The notes under the pieces are model-generated. The model was not told the origin of the DNA, made no database searches, and was given only the letters and a program-made list of their open reading frames with translations. A DNA stretch of 40,243 nucleotides from a virus. The stretch lies in the IMG/VR virus record IMGVR_UViG_3300028968_000002. The stretch is one strand, 5' to 3'. This document shows, piece by piece, positions 16,085 through 24,291 of the stretch. The translations under genes were made by a program, and so were the position numbers. Numbering within the stretch: position 1 is the stretch's first letter; the number at the start of each line of letters is the position of its first letter.

Positions 16085-16646
16085 TATGATGTTACCTAAA
16101 AGAATTTGGAAAGATATAGAAGGTTATGAAGGAATTTATCAGATAAGTAATTTAGGAGAAGTTAAAATTTTAAAAACTAAAAAAATAAAGAAACCTTATT
16201 TTAGAAAAAACTGTAAATATGAAATGATAAATTTAAATAAAAACAAAACTCAAAAAAGTTTTTTAGTTCATAGATTAGTAGCAAAGACATTTATACCAAA
16301 CCCAAATAATTATCCGATAATTAATCATAAGGACGAAAATAAACTTAATAATTGTGTTGAAAATTTAGAATGGTGTACTCAAAAATATAATCTCAATTAT
16401 GGAACAGTAAAAGGAAGAATATCTGAACATAGAAAGGGACAATTCGCTTATGGTGATAATTATCAAGCTGAAAAAATTTTATGTATAGAAACAGGTATAA
16501 CTTATAGTTGCATTCAAGAAGCTGCTGATAAGACCAAAATAAATAGAAGTTGTATTTCCGCATGTTGCAGAGGGAAACAAAAAACAGCAGGTGGATTTCA
16601 TTGGAGTAAATTACAAGCTAAGATTGACAGTAAGCAAACTATATAG
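16071..16646 (+). CDS. HNH homing-endonuclease-like protein (NUMOD4 / HNH_3 / NUMOD1-type DNA-binding tail)
   Basis: Motifs are WKDIEGYEGIYQISNLGEV, VHRLVAKTFIPNP...INHKDENKLNNCVENLEW and ITYSCIQEAADKTKINRSCISACCRGKQKTAGGFHW. It is a free-standing gene between the recombination and replication modules. Confidence 0.8.
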   Translation: MEKINMMLPKRIWKDIEGYEGIYQISNLGEVKILKTKKIKKPYFRKNCKYEMINLNKNKTQKSFLVHRLVAKTFIPNPNNYPIINHKDENKLNNCVENLEWCTQKYNLNYGTVKGRISEHRKGQFAYGDNYQAEKILCIETGITYSCIQEAADKTKINRSCISACCRGKQKTAGGFHWSKLQAKIDSKQTI

Positions 16647-16683
16647 AGAAACTAGGGAGGGGAGTAATAAAAAAGAAAGGAGT

Positions 16684-16833
16684 TTATTCCCCTTTCTCCG
16701 AGTTAACTTTAACATAATCTTTTAAAACTTTAATTATTAGATTTGATAAAGATCTATCTTCTTTAATTGCTATTTGCTCTAGTTTTTCTCTTAAATCATT
16801 TGGCATTCTAAATGTAAATTGTTTAGTCGACAT
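16684..16833 (-). CDS. Arc/CopG-type ribbon-helix-helix protein, 49 aa; not in the supplied track
   Basis: My own translation is MSTKQFTFRMPNDLREKLEQIAIKEDRSLSNLIIKVLKDYVKVNSEKGE. A minus-strand terminator (GAAAGG hairpin 16674-16700 followed by T6) follows. It is the only minus-strand gene in the early region. Confidence 0.65.
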   Translation of the reverse strand: MSTKQFTFRMPNDLREKLEQIAIKEDRSLSNLIIKVLKDYVKVNSEKGE

Positions 16834-16906
16834 AACACACCACCTTTATTTTTTATTTACATTTTAACATATTCAAGTAAGATAAAGCAATATCATTATA
16901 TTATTT

Positions 16907-16948
16907 TGTAAGACAAGTGTTTACAATGTAAGACAAAAATAGTATAAT
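16907..16948 (+). promoter_or_regulatory. Sigma-A-type promoter for the replication module with two direct repeats
   Basis: The promoter is TTTACA (16920-16925), a 17-nt spacer, then TATAAT (16943-16948). The 10-bp repeat tgtaagacaa occurs at 16907-16916 and 16927-16936, a 20-bp phasing that overlaps the promoter. Confidence 0.55.
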
Positions 16949-16998
16949 ATAACTATAAAGATACGAAATTTGACATTTTACAAAAGGGGGCGAGCAGA

Positions 16999-17790
16999 AT
17001 GGATGAAGGTAAAAATGAAATTAGATATTGTAAGAATAACTTTTTGAGTGAAGGTTATGGGATATTACCTAAGTTAGTTATGAGAGATAAGAAATTACCT
17101 ATAGAAGCTAAGGCTATATATGCTTATCTAGTTGCATTTGCAGGCAATAAATATACTTGTTACCCAAGTAGGGATTTAATGTGTAAAGAGCTGAATATAG
17201 GCAAAAACAGATTTACAAAATATCTAGATCTGCTAAAGGAATCAGGATATATCAAGGTAACCAATACTCAAAACGGAAATTTAAAATCAAAAAATATATA
17301 TGAAATCGTAATGGATGAAAGAGATAGACAAGAAATTCTTCGATGTCTTCAATTTCGAGACACCGAAGCTCGAGACACCGAAATTCGAGACCTCGAAAAC
17401 AAAGACACTAATAGTAACAGTATAAATAGTAACAGTATAAATAGTAACAGTATAAATACCACTGATACTGTTATTTCTTTAGATGTTATAGATAATATAT
17501 GGAAATTATATCCTAATAAGAAAGATAAAGCTAAAGCCTATAAGTACATTAAAAGAATACTTACAAAAGAAAAGATAACAGCAGAAGAATTAGAAAGAGC
17601 AGTAAAAAGATATGCTAAAGAAAAAGAAAATACAGACAAGCAATATATAAAACATGGAAGCACATTTTTTAATGGAGCTTATATAGATTATTTAGATGAA
17701 AACTACCAACCAAGTGAATCAGTTCAATCAACTACAAAAATCGAATCATCATTAGACTTGCTAGACTTGATAAATGGACCTGGGGAATAG
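16999..17790 (+). CDS. Replication initiator / replisome organiser (winged-HTH N-terminal domain, DnaD-like role)
   Basis: The sequence GYGILPKLVMRDKKLPIEAKAIYAYLVAFAGNKYTCYPSRDLMCKELNIGKNRFTKYLDLLKESGYIKV is typical of phage replication HTH proteins. The gene lies directly upstream of the DnaB helicase and contains internal tandem repeats. Confidence 0.7.
   Translation: MDEGKNEIRYCKNNFLSEGYGILPKLVMRDKKLPIEAKAIYAYLVAFAGNKYTCYPSRDLMCKELNIGKNRFTKYLDLLKESGYIKVTNTQNGNLKSKNIYEIVMDERDRQEILRCLQFRDTEARDTEIRDLENKDTNSNSINSNSINSNSINTTDTVISLDVIDNIWKLYPNKKDKAKAYKYIKRILTKEKITAEELERAVKRYAKEKENTDKQYIKHGSTFFNGAYIDYLDENYQPSESVQSTTKIESSLDLLDLINGPGE
17356..17457. repeat. Two adjacent sets of 15-bp-period tandem repeats inside the organiser gene (candidate iterons / origin)
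   Basis: The first set is cgagacaccgaa at 17356 and 17371, with cgagacctcgaa at 17386. The second set is atagtaacagtataa x3, exact, at 17411-17455. Confidence 0.85.
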
Positions 17791-17798
17791 GAGGATTT

Positions 17799-19130
17799 AT
17801 GAACAATTATTTATACAATTTAGAATATGAAAGAATAGTTCTCGGGAGGGTATTGTTAGAACCTAACTTATTTGAAGTAATACAGGATTTATCAGAAGAA
17901 ACTTTTTATTTCGAATATAATAAAGTTATTTATAAAGCAATGAAGCTACTGGATAAAGAAAAATCACCGATTGATCTAATAAGTTTAGTAAATAAGATAG
18001 AACAAATAGATAATACAGTTGAAATGATGTATATAACGAATTTAAACCAATATGCTGTAACAGCAAGTAATATAGAGTTTTATATTGGTGAACTAAAAGA
18101 AATGAAACAAAAAAGAGATACAGTAGAACTTGCTAAAAGCCTTATAGAAGGGATTCAAACAGGTAGAAATATAAATACTTGCATTAACACTTTTGAAACT
18201 GGAACAAAGGCAAATAAAGAAGTAGATGAAGATAATGCATTGAGTTCTATAATAGCAAATATGTTTGACAAGTTAGGGGAAAAGATAGAACGTGTATTAA
18301 CTGGAATAAAAATAGTGGACAAGCTAACAGAAGGCGGATTAGCTAAAAAAGAATTACTTACTATAGGAGCTAAAAGTGGAGTTGGGAAAAGCGCTATGAG
18401 CTTAAGAATGGCTATCAACATGCTTAAACAGGACAAAAAAGTCCTAATAGTTAGCAGAGAGATGAGCAAAGAGCAAGTAGCTGAAAGAATCTTACTGAGT
18501 TATGCAGGGATAACAAGACAAGAATATCGTAGTGGAGAGTTATCATCAAGCAAGACCAAGAGAGTGATAGAGGCTATGGAGAACCTTAACACAGATAATT
18601 TAAGGATAGATGACTCGATAAGCACGATAGCGCAGATTAAAAAGGCGCTAAGGACATATAAGCCGGACGTACTTATAGTAGATTATGTACAACTATTAAC
18701 TCCAACAGATACAAAGGTCCCTAGAGAACGACAAGTAGCAGAATTGTCGAGGGAATTAAAGAATATAACATTAGATTACAACATGATAGTGATACAGCTA
18801 ACACAACTAGCGGATAAAGGTACTGGAAATTATAGACCACATGGTGAAACTTATTGTAGAGAATCAAGGGCAATATACCAAGATAGCAATCAAGTGGTTT
18901 ACATACATGAAGTTACAGAAGAGAAGGAATTAGAACAAGCATGGAAAAGAACAGGTTTTAATGAAGGCACTAGACTAGAAGAATTTATCGAAAGCATGAG
19001 GGATAAAAAAGAAAAAGGTTATACATTAGTTGAAGTAATTCTGGATAAGAATCGAGATGGAGATAAAGGGTCTAGATATTATCTGTTCTGCGGAAAGGAA
19101 TTAATGTATTATCCTATAGGAAATAAATAG
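17799..19130 (+). CDS. dnaB: Replicative DNA helicase (DnaB family)
   Basis: The N-terminal DnaB-like domain is ERIVLGRVLLEPNLF. Walker A is GAKSGVGKSAMSL, Walker B is LIVDYVQLL, and QLTQL is also present. Confidence 0.9.
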   Translation: MNNYLYNLEYERIVLGRVLLEPNLFEVIQDLSEETFYFEYNKVIYKAMKLLDKEKSPIDLISLVNKIEQIDNTVEMMYITNLNQYAVTASNIEFYIGELKEMKQKRDTVELAKSLIEGIQTGRNINTCINTFETGTKANKEVDEDNALSSIIANMFDKLGEKIERVLTGIKIVDKLTEGGLAKKELLTIGAKSGVGKSAMSLRMAINMLKQDKKVLIVSREMSKEQVAERILLSYAGITRQEYRSGELSSSKTKRVIEAMENLNTDNLRIDDSISTIAQIKKALRTYKPDVLIVDYVQLLTPTDTKVPRERQVAELSRELKNITLDYNMIVIQLTQLADKGTGNYRPHGETYCRESRAIYQDSNQVVYIHEVTEEKELEQAWKRTGFNEGTRLEEFIESMRDKKEKGYTLVEVILDKNRDGDKGSRYYLFCGKELMYYPIGNK

Positions 19131-19141
19131 GGGGCACGGAG

Positions 19142-19342
19142 ATGGAACTGTATAAAAATTACAACGAAAAAACCATAAAACTTATAAAAGAGTTAGGATT
19201 TTATGGCAAAACACCAAAGGAAATAGAATTACTAATTGTTTCAGAACTAGAAAAATGCAAGAAAAATAGCACTGATGAGGAAATAAAAACCATTGCAGAA
19301 GTTCAAGGACGTTTATTGGAGCATATAAAAACTATGAAGTAA
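19142..19342 (+). CDS. Hypothetical protein (66 aa)
   Basis: An ORF with a GGGGG-type RBS; I recognise no motifs. Confidence 0.55.
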   Translation: MELYKNYNEKTIKLIKELGFYGKTPKEIELLIVSELEKCKKNSTDEEIKTIAEVQGRLLEHIKTMK

Positions 19343-19382
19343 CTACAGGGGCTTAAACAAGCCTCTAGAAAGGGGGATAATC

Positions 19383-19928
19383 ATGGCAAATAAAGTAACA
19401 GATTTAGAAAAATGTAAGATAAAAGAATTGTACGAAAAAGGTTATAGTATCCTACGAATAGCAAACGAAATAGGCAGAAGTGACGGCGCTGTTAAAAAAT
19501 ATGTACAGGAAATGAAACTTGTAAAACCTGCTAAACCTACTATAGTAGGTGAAAGATACGGAAGATTAACTGTGTTAGAACTAGATCATGTGGAAAAAAG
19601 CAGAAGATATTGGAAATGCAGTTGTAGCTGTGGAGGGACTACAGTAGTAAGAGAAGGCAACCTTAAGAACGGAATAACAAAAAGTTGTGGATGCCTTAGA
19701 AAAGAATCTGTAGAACATCAGAAGGTAAAAACAAAGCAAGTTAAAACAAGAAATAATCAAGGCGGAGTATATTATTTCCAACCAGGTGACATAGTCTTAA
19801 AAGGCAATTATGAAGTAGAAGGATATAAAAGAGGAGGAGAAGTAAAAGAATTCAAAATGTCGCCTGAGGAATTAAAGAAATACCTAAAGGAGCTTGAAAC
19901 AAAAGAAGTAAAAAGAAGGGGGAGATAA
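19383..19928 (+). CDS. DNA-binding protein: N-terminal HTH plus a Cys-rich (CSCSCGG...SCGC) module
   Basis: The HTH is IKELYEKGYSILRIANEIGRSDGAVKKYV. YGRLTVLE...WKCSCSCGGTTVVREGNLKNGITKSCGC is a module that recurs in phage early regions. Confidence 0.6.
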   Translation: MANKVTDLEKCKIKELYEKGYSILRIANEIGRSDGAVKKYVQEMKLVKPAKPTIVGERYGRLTVLELDHVEKSRRYWKCSCSCGGTTVVREGNLKNGITKSCGCLRKESVEHQKVKTKQVKTRNNQGGVYYFQPGDIVLKGNYEVEGYKRGGEVKEFKMSPEELKKYLKELETKEVKRRGR

Positions 19929-19929
19929 C

Positions 19930-20301
19930 ATGGGACAAAATCTAATTGTAGCTAAAAATATAAAAACTGGAGAAGTGGTAGAATTTGCAACACAAAAGGA
20001 GGCAACAGACTACTTTAAAGGGATATATGGAGATAAAATAAGAAATTCAAACGTAGTAGCAATGTTAAAACAAAAAACAGCTTACAAAGGAATATGGGAA
20101 GTCAACTACATAGGAGATGGGAAGATAACTAGAACTTGTAAACATTGTGGCAAGAAATTTAAAACAAGAAGAGACCAACAAGTATTTTGTAGCGATGTTT
20201 GTAGAGAAGACTATCATCCTGTAAAAATACAAGGAGCAAAGGAAAAGGAACTAATACATAAGCTAGTAACAATGCTAGCACCATATAGAACGGCAAAATA
20301 G
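19930..20301 (+). CDS. Hypothetical protein with a C-terminal Zn-ribbon (CKHCGKKF...FCSDVCREDYH)
   Basis: An ORF with a GGGGGA RBS and a Cys4-like motif. Confidence 0.55.
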   Translation: MGQNLIVAKNIKTGEVVEFATQKEATDYFKGIYGDKIRNSNVVAMLKQKTAYKGIWEVNYIGDGKITRTCKHCGKKFKTRRDQQVFCSDVCREDYHPVKIQGAKEKELIHKLVTMLAPYRTAK

Positions 20302-20309
20302 GGGGCAAT

Positions 20310-20777
20310 ATGGACAGATATACACTAGATAGAAATTCAGAAGGCTACGCAGATGACACAGCATATAAAGCTATAAGAAATGCAGATAGAGATTTAGAAA
20401 CTAAAGCAACGGGAGGACTAAAAATGAAAGGTGAAGATTTAGAACAAGCAACTCTAATTCAATGGTGCAATTTACAATCTTGTAAATATTCGGAGTTAAA
20501 ATTAATATTCGCTATTCCTAATGGTGGATATAGAAACAAAGGAGAAGCAAGAAAACTAAAAGCTACAGGGACAAAATCAGGAGTGCCAGATTTGTTCCTG
20601 GCTGTTCCGAGAAATGGGAAATCAGGCCTATTTCTTGAAATGAAGGTAGGTAGAAATAAATGCACTGATAACCAAAAGAAATGGATTAGGGATTTGATGC
20701 AACAAGGGTATGAGGTTAAGGTTTGTTATAGCTGTGAAGAAGCAATACAAACTATCAAGAAATACTTAGGGATTTAG
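20310..20777 (+). CDS. VRR-NUC domain nuclease
   Basis: The PD-(D/E)xK core is GVPDLFLAV...LFLEMKVGRNKCTDNQKKW. An in-frame internal ATG at 20424 has a strong GGGAGGA RBS, so the first 38 codons may be a separate extension. Confidence 0.8.
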   Translation: MDRYTLDRNSEGYADDTAYKAIRNADRDLETKATGGLKMKGEDLEQATLIQWCNLQSCKYSELKLIFAIPNGGYRNKGEARKLKATGTKSGVPDLFLAVPRNGKSGLFLEMKVGRNKCTDNQKKWIRDLMQQGYEVKVCYSCEEAIQTIKKYLGI

Positions 20778-20802
20778 ATTAAATGTAATAGGGGGAAAAG
20801 AA

Positions 20803-21495
20803 ATGGACAGAGAAGAAAAAAATAAATTAGCAGAAGATAATATAGCGTTAGTACACTCAATAATAAACAAAAGATTCGGAAACAAAAGTATTACAAAAGA
20901 AGATAGAGAAAATTACATTGGAGAAGGAATTGTAGGGCTGGTAAAAGCGATAAATAAATTTGATGCAAGTAAAGGGTTTGCATTCTCAACGTTCGCCTAC
21001 AAATGCATAAATGGGGAAATATCTATGTATATAACAAAACAAAAATGTCAAAAGAGAAAGGTTGATGCTGAGTGTAAGGCATCAATCGACAACAAAGTAC
21101 CAAGATGTGAAGAACTAGAATATAACGATTGGTTAATGGATACGAGAGATGAGTATTCTTCTCTAGAGGAACAAGAGCATCTATTAGAAATGCTTGAAAA
21201 AACAAAGATAAAAGATATAAAAACAATTGTAACGAAAAAAGCAGAAGGTTATAAGAATAATGAAATAGATTTCTTTAAACAAGAATTCTCTACATCGCGT
21301 TATGGATGTTATGAAGCAAATAAAAATCTAAATTGCTTTTTAGGATTAAATTCAAAAAATAAAGGCATTAAAATTATATATAAAAAAGATGGGAAAATAC
21401 AAGATAAGATAATTAGTTATAAAACTTGTATTGAGTGGATAGAAGAGAGTAAGCAAAGAAAAATACAATCTTATGAACAACTTAGTTTCTTCTAA
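20803..21495 (+). CDS. Sigma-70-family (ECF/group-4-or-5-like) RNA polymerase sigma factor
   Basis: The region 2 pattern is ALVHSIINKRF...YIGEGIVGLVKAINKFDASKGFAFSTFAYKCINGEISMYI. There is a weak region-4-like segment (IVTKKAEGYKNNEI) and an extra tail of about 50 aa. Confidence 0.7.
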   Translation: MDREEKNKLAEDNIALVHSIINKRFGNKSITKEDRENYIGEGIVGLVKAINKFDASKGFAFSTFAYKCINGEISMYITKQKCQKRKVDAECKASIDNKVPRCEELEYNDWLMDTRDEYSSLEEQEHLLEMLEKTKIKDIKTIVTKKAEGYKNNEIDFFKQEFSTSRYGCYEANKNLNCFLGLNSKNKGIKIIYKKDGKIQDKIISYKTCIEWIEESKQRKIQSYEQLSFF

Positions 21496-21506
21496 AGGAG
21501 GTTGAA

Positions 21507-21638
21507 ATGATATTAAGTAGAGTGAATGAAATAGTACATATAGCTAAAATTTATATGATTGTATATAAGTTAGAGCCAATGCAAGCAATAGAATGTGCAA
21601 TACAGGATGTAGAAAGATATTTGAAGGAGGAAAATTAA
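21507..21638 (+). CDS. Hypothetical small protein (43 aa); not in the supplied track
   Basis: My own translation begins MILSRVNEIVHIAKIYMIVYKLEPMQAIECAIQDVERYLKEEN. An AAAGGAGG RBS is present, and there is a TAATG overlap with the next ORF. Confidence 0.4.
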   Translation: MILSRVNEIVHIAKIYMIVYKLEPMQAIECAIQDVERYLKEEN

Positions 21639-21781
21639 TGGAAGAAGTAAAGCAAGCATTACTAACAATAAAAAGAGAATGTACTAAACAAGACGACTGT
21701 GAAGGTTGCCCAATATCTAAGGTATTAGGATATAGTTGCCAAGAGGTAGCTATTCCAGAAGAATGGGAAGTAAACCACTAG
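21638..21781 (+). CDS. Hypothetical small Cys-containing protein (47 aa from the RBS-supported start)
   Basis: The GAAGGAGG RBS serves the ATG at 21638, which lies inside track ORF 21593..21781. Confidence 0.5.
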   Translation: MEEVKQALLTIKRECTKQDDCEGCPISKVLGYSCQEVAIPEEWEVNH

Positions 21782-21789
21782 GAGGAGAA

Positions 21790-21864
21790 ATGGATAGAGT
21801 AATAGGAGATATAATTATTCTAGTTGTAATAGGATTATGGATAATAAGTAAGTTATATATGTAA
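21790..21864 (+). CDS. 24-aa hydrophobic peptide (MDRVIGDIIILVVIGLWIISKLYM)
   Basis: My own translation with an AGGAGGAG RBS. It is very short. Confidence 0.3.
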   Translation: MDRVIGDIIILVVIGLWIISKLYM

Positions 21865-21873
21865 GGGGGATAA

Positions 21874-22629
21874 ATGAAACCAGGATTTGAAAAACGTTTT
21901 AATAAAGAAGATCTAGTTTATTGGTGTCATAAAAAAGCACATGAATATTCTGTTCAATATGGCTTAGTAGATGAACAATTTTCTGATGCAGTTATAATTG
22001 ATTATATTGTGCCAAGAGAACGTAGAATTATAGACGGAATACCACTTGATGAATTTAAGAGCGAGGAAAGATATAGAAAACTACCTAAAGGTTGGTCTTA
22101 TGATACAAAATTATTTGAAGTAACACATGAAGTTTTAGATGAAGAAGAAAATGAATTTTTAAGAAATTGTAAAATTACCGATTCTAAAGGTATAAAAGAG
22201 GCATATAATAAAGGTTATTTAGTTAAAAAGAATAAAATCTTTGGAGGAAATATAGAAACAGAAATTACAAAGCAAGGTTTTAGAGTTGTTAAAAAATGGC
22301 CGATGTATGTTCCATATATAACACATGTATCTATAAGACCTGATAAAGTATATTTTACTTATGAAGAAGCAAAAAAAGAAGTTGATGATAATATTGCAGA
22401 ATTTAATAGACAAGCAGAATTGTCTGAGTATGATTGGTGTGTTGAACAGATAGATAAAACTCTTAGTAGATTTAAATTTTACAAAGGTTTATCTGATGAA
22501 GAAATAAATCAATATAGGGAATGGATACTTGGATTAGACAATATAGAAAATATAGAAACTAGAATATCCGGTGGAGAAATTCAATGGAGATATCTAAATA
22601 AGAAAAGATGGTGTAATATTGAACTTTAA
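21874..22629 (+). CDS. Hypothetical protein (251 aa)
   Basis: A long ORF with an AAGGGGGA RBS; I recognise no motifs. Confidence 0.6.
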   Translation: MKPGFEKRFNKEDLVYWCHKKAHEYSVQYGLVDEQFSDAVIIDYIVPRERRIIDGIPLDEFKSEERYRKLPKGWSYDTKLFEVTHEVLDEEENEFLRNCKITDSKGIKEAYNKGYLVKKNKIFGGNIETEITKQGFRVVKKWPMYVPYITHVSIRPDKVYFTYEEAKKEVDDNIAEFNRQAELSEYDWCVEQIDKTLSRFKFYKGLSDEEINQYREWILGLDNIENIETRISGGEIQWRYLNKKRWCNIEL

Positions 22630-22816
22630 AACAGGAAAATGTAAATTGAAAAAGAATGTATCTAAAAAAATAAATCAGCTTAATTTTGGACGAGGTAAAA
22701 AATTTGAGTATCAGTATATAACAAATAACAGAATTAGAATATTCAAAAAAGGAATACAACTAATTATGGATGAAAAAGATTTTTCAAAGTATTTTGAAAA
22801 AATAGGAGGAAGATAA
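22619..22816 (+). CDS. Hypothetical basic protein (65 aa, TTG start)
   Basis: The ORF fills the gap between neighbouring genes. The non-ATG start and lack of a clear RBS lower confidence. Confidence 0.4.
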   Translation: MNFKTGKCKLKKNVSKKINQLNFGRGKKFEYQYITNNRIRIFKKGIQLIMDEKDFSKYFEKIGGR

Positions 22817-23490
22817 TGTTTACGTTAAAAGATTTTAAAGTAAGATTAGTTAATGGAGAAGAAGTAAAAAACTTTGTAAAAAGACATGGAGAATTTAGTA
22901 AAGTGTGTTATGATACTCCAAAAGAAAAAGCAGAAAAAGTAGGAGAACATTGCTTAGAAAGTGGACATCTAAGTGGAAGTAGACACTTATATATGGTATT
23001 TGAATTAGAAAATGTACCTCGCAGCCTAATTGATCAGTTGGTTCGCCATGAACAAGGAGTAGTAAAAAACGTGCAATCTCTTAGATATTGCAACAAAGAA
23101 GGAAAAGTAAGTCTATATGCAGCACCGGAAATAGCAAACGATATATATTTCTCAAATGCTTTACACAATTATGAAGCTCAGGTACAAGCTAATTATGATT
23201 ATTTTCAAAATAATATGAAAGCTGAAGGCTGTAATAATGAACAGGCTAACGAAATAGCCAGAACAATACTACCAATAGGAATAAGTACAAAATGTAGTTT
23301 TGCAGTAAATTTAGAAGGATTAATTCATCTTGCTAATGTTAGACTTTGCAATAGAGCAGAGCTTCCAATTAGAACAATAGTAAAAGAAATGGTAAGACAA
23401 GTTGTAGAAGTAGAACCACGTTACAAACCTTATCTAGTGTCACAATGTAAGAAACTTGGATATTGCCCAGAAGGTAAGGATTGCAAATAA
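22816..23490 (+). CDS. thyX: ThyX-like flavin-dependent thymidylate synthase with a divergent signature motif
   Basis: The sequence HLSGSRHLYMVFELENVPRSLIDQLVRHEQGVVKNVQSLRY parallels the ThyX pattern ...SR...HQLVRHR..S....SQRY, but RHR is replaced by RHE. Confidence 0.75.
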   Translation: MFTLKDFKVRLVNGEEVKNFVKRHGEFSKVCYDTPKEKAEKVGEHCLESGHLSGSRHLYMVFELENVPRSLIDQLVRHEQGVVKNVQSLRYCNKEGKVSLYAAPEIANDIYFSNALHNYEAQVQANYDYFQNNMKAEGCNNEQANEIARTILPIGISTKCSFAVNLEGLIHLANVRLCNRAELPIRTIVKEMVRQVVEVEPRYKPYLVSQCKKLGYCPEGKDCK

Positions 23491-23512
23491 TATAATATAG
23501 GGGGATAATCGA

Positions 23513-23962
23513 ATGGCTAAAACAATAGATAAAACATTTTCCGACGCAGAAGGAAAACTATATAACTACAATAGCACAAAAATCGAACTAAACAGCCTTA
23601 AAATAGACTTAGAGTATTTAGAAATAGACTATAAGGGATGCAAAGCTATTAGCTATGCTGACGAAAGAACAGGAGAAACATACAACATAAGTAATACAGT
23701 AGAGAGTGAAGTATTAGCCAAAGAAAGACAGATAAAAGATCTAGAGAGTAAAATAAATAAAAAAGAAAGACAGATTAGAAAAATAGAAAATGCATTAGAA
23801 CTACTAAAGGAAGAAGAAAAAAGATTAGTTAGCTTTAGATATTTCTCAAATAGAAAAAAAGCACCAAGTTGGTTAGATGTAGGAGAGGAAATAGGTTATT
23901 CGGATAAAAAATGCAGAGCTATGAGGAATGATATTATTAACAGAATAAAAACGCTTATATAA
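23513..23962 (+). CDS. ArpU/RinA-family late transcriptional regulator
   Basis: It is about 150 aa with YNYNSTKIELNSLKIDLEYLE..., a coiled-coil segment and a C-terminal sigma-region-4-like LVSFRYFSNRKKAPSWLDVGEEIGYSDKKCRAMRNDIINRI. It occupies the canonical position upstream of terS. Confidence 0.75.
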   Translation: MAKTIDKTFSDAEGKLYNYNSTKIELNSLKIDLEYLEIDYKGCKAISYADERTGETYNISNTVESEVLAKERQIKDLESKINKKERQIRKIENALELLKEEEKRLVSFRYFSNRKKAPSWLDVGEEIGYSDKKCRAMRNDIINRIKTLI

Positions 23963-23973
23963 TTACAAATTTA

Positions 23974-24008
23974 CCGTAAAAGTTCCGCAAAAGTTCCGTA
24001 AAAATTCC
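23974..24008. repeat. Three tandem 11-bp repeats CCGYAAAAGTT (phased A-tracts) immediately after the ArpU-like gene
   Basis: The copies are ccgtaaaagtt (23974), ccgcaaaagtt (23985) and ccgtaaaaatt (23996). An inverted partial copy, tttttatacgg, follows. Confidence 0.8.
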
Positions 24009-24265
24009 TTTTTTATACGGAAAACTATAGTATATTTATAGTATGGGAAACTAAAAAATCCCTTATTTCTTTAAAGTATTTCCCTAGAAGCCTGGTAAAC
24101 TTCTAGATTTTGAATTGGTTTGAAACTAGTAACAACGAAAAGTACATTCCTCCGGGCATGAGGGAAGCCTGCTAATAATTCCCTCTTAAAAAAGATATTA
24201 ATTATGCAACCGCATAACTAATTTATAAATTTTCATATTTAAAATCTTCCCTTAAGTTATTGTAG

Positions 24266-24291
24266 AGAGAACCCTTCGGGGTTCTTTTTGT
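24266..24291 (+). terminator. Strong intrinsic terminator about 30 nt upstream of the terS start
   Basis: The stem-loop gaaccc-ttcg-gggttc is extended by A-U pairs and followed by TTTTT. Confidence 0.8.

Noticed and set aside
17411-17455. The exact 15-bp triple repeat as a mini CRISPR array or other spacer-repeat structure
   Set aside because: The repeats are directly tandem with no spacers and are in frame inside a coding gene. No CRISPR-like array exists anywhere in the window.
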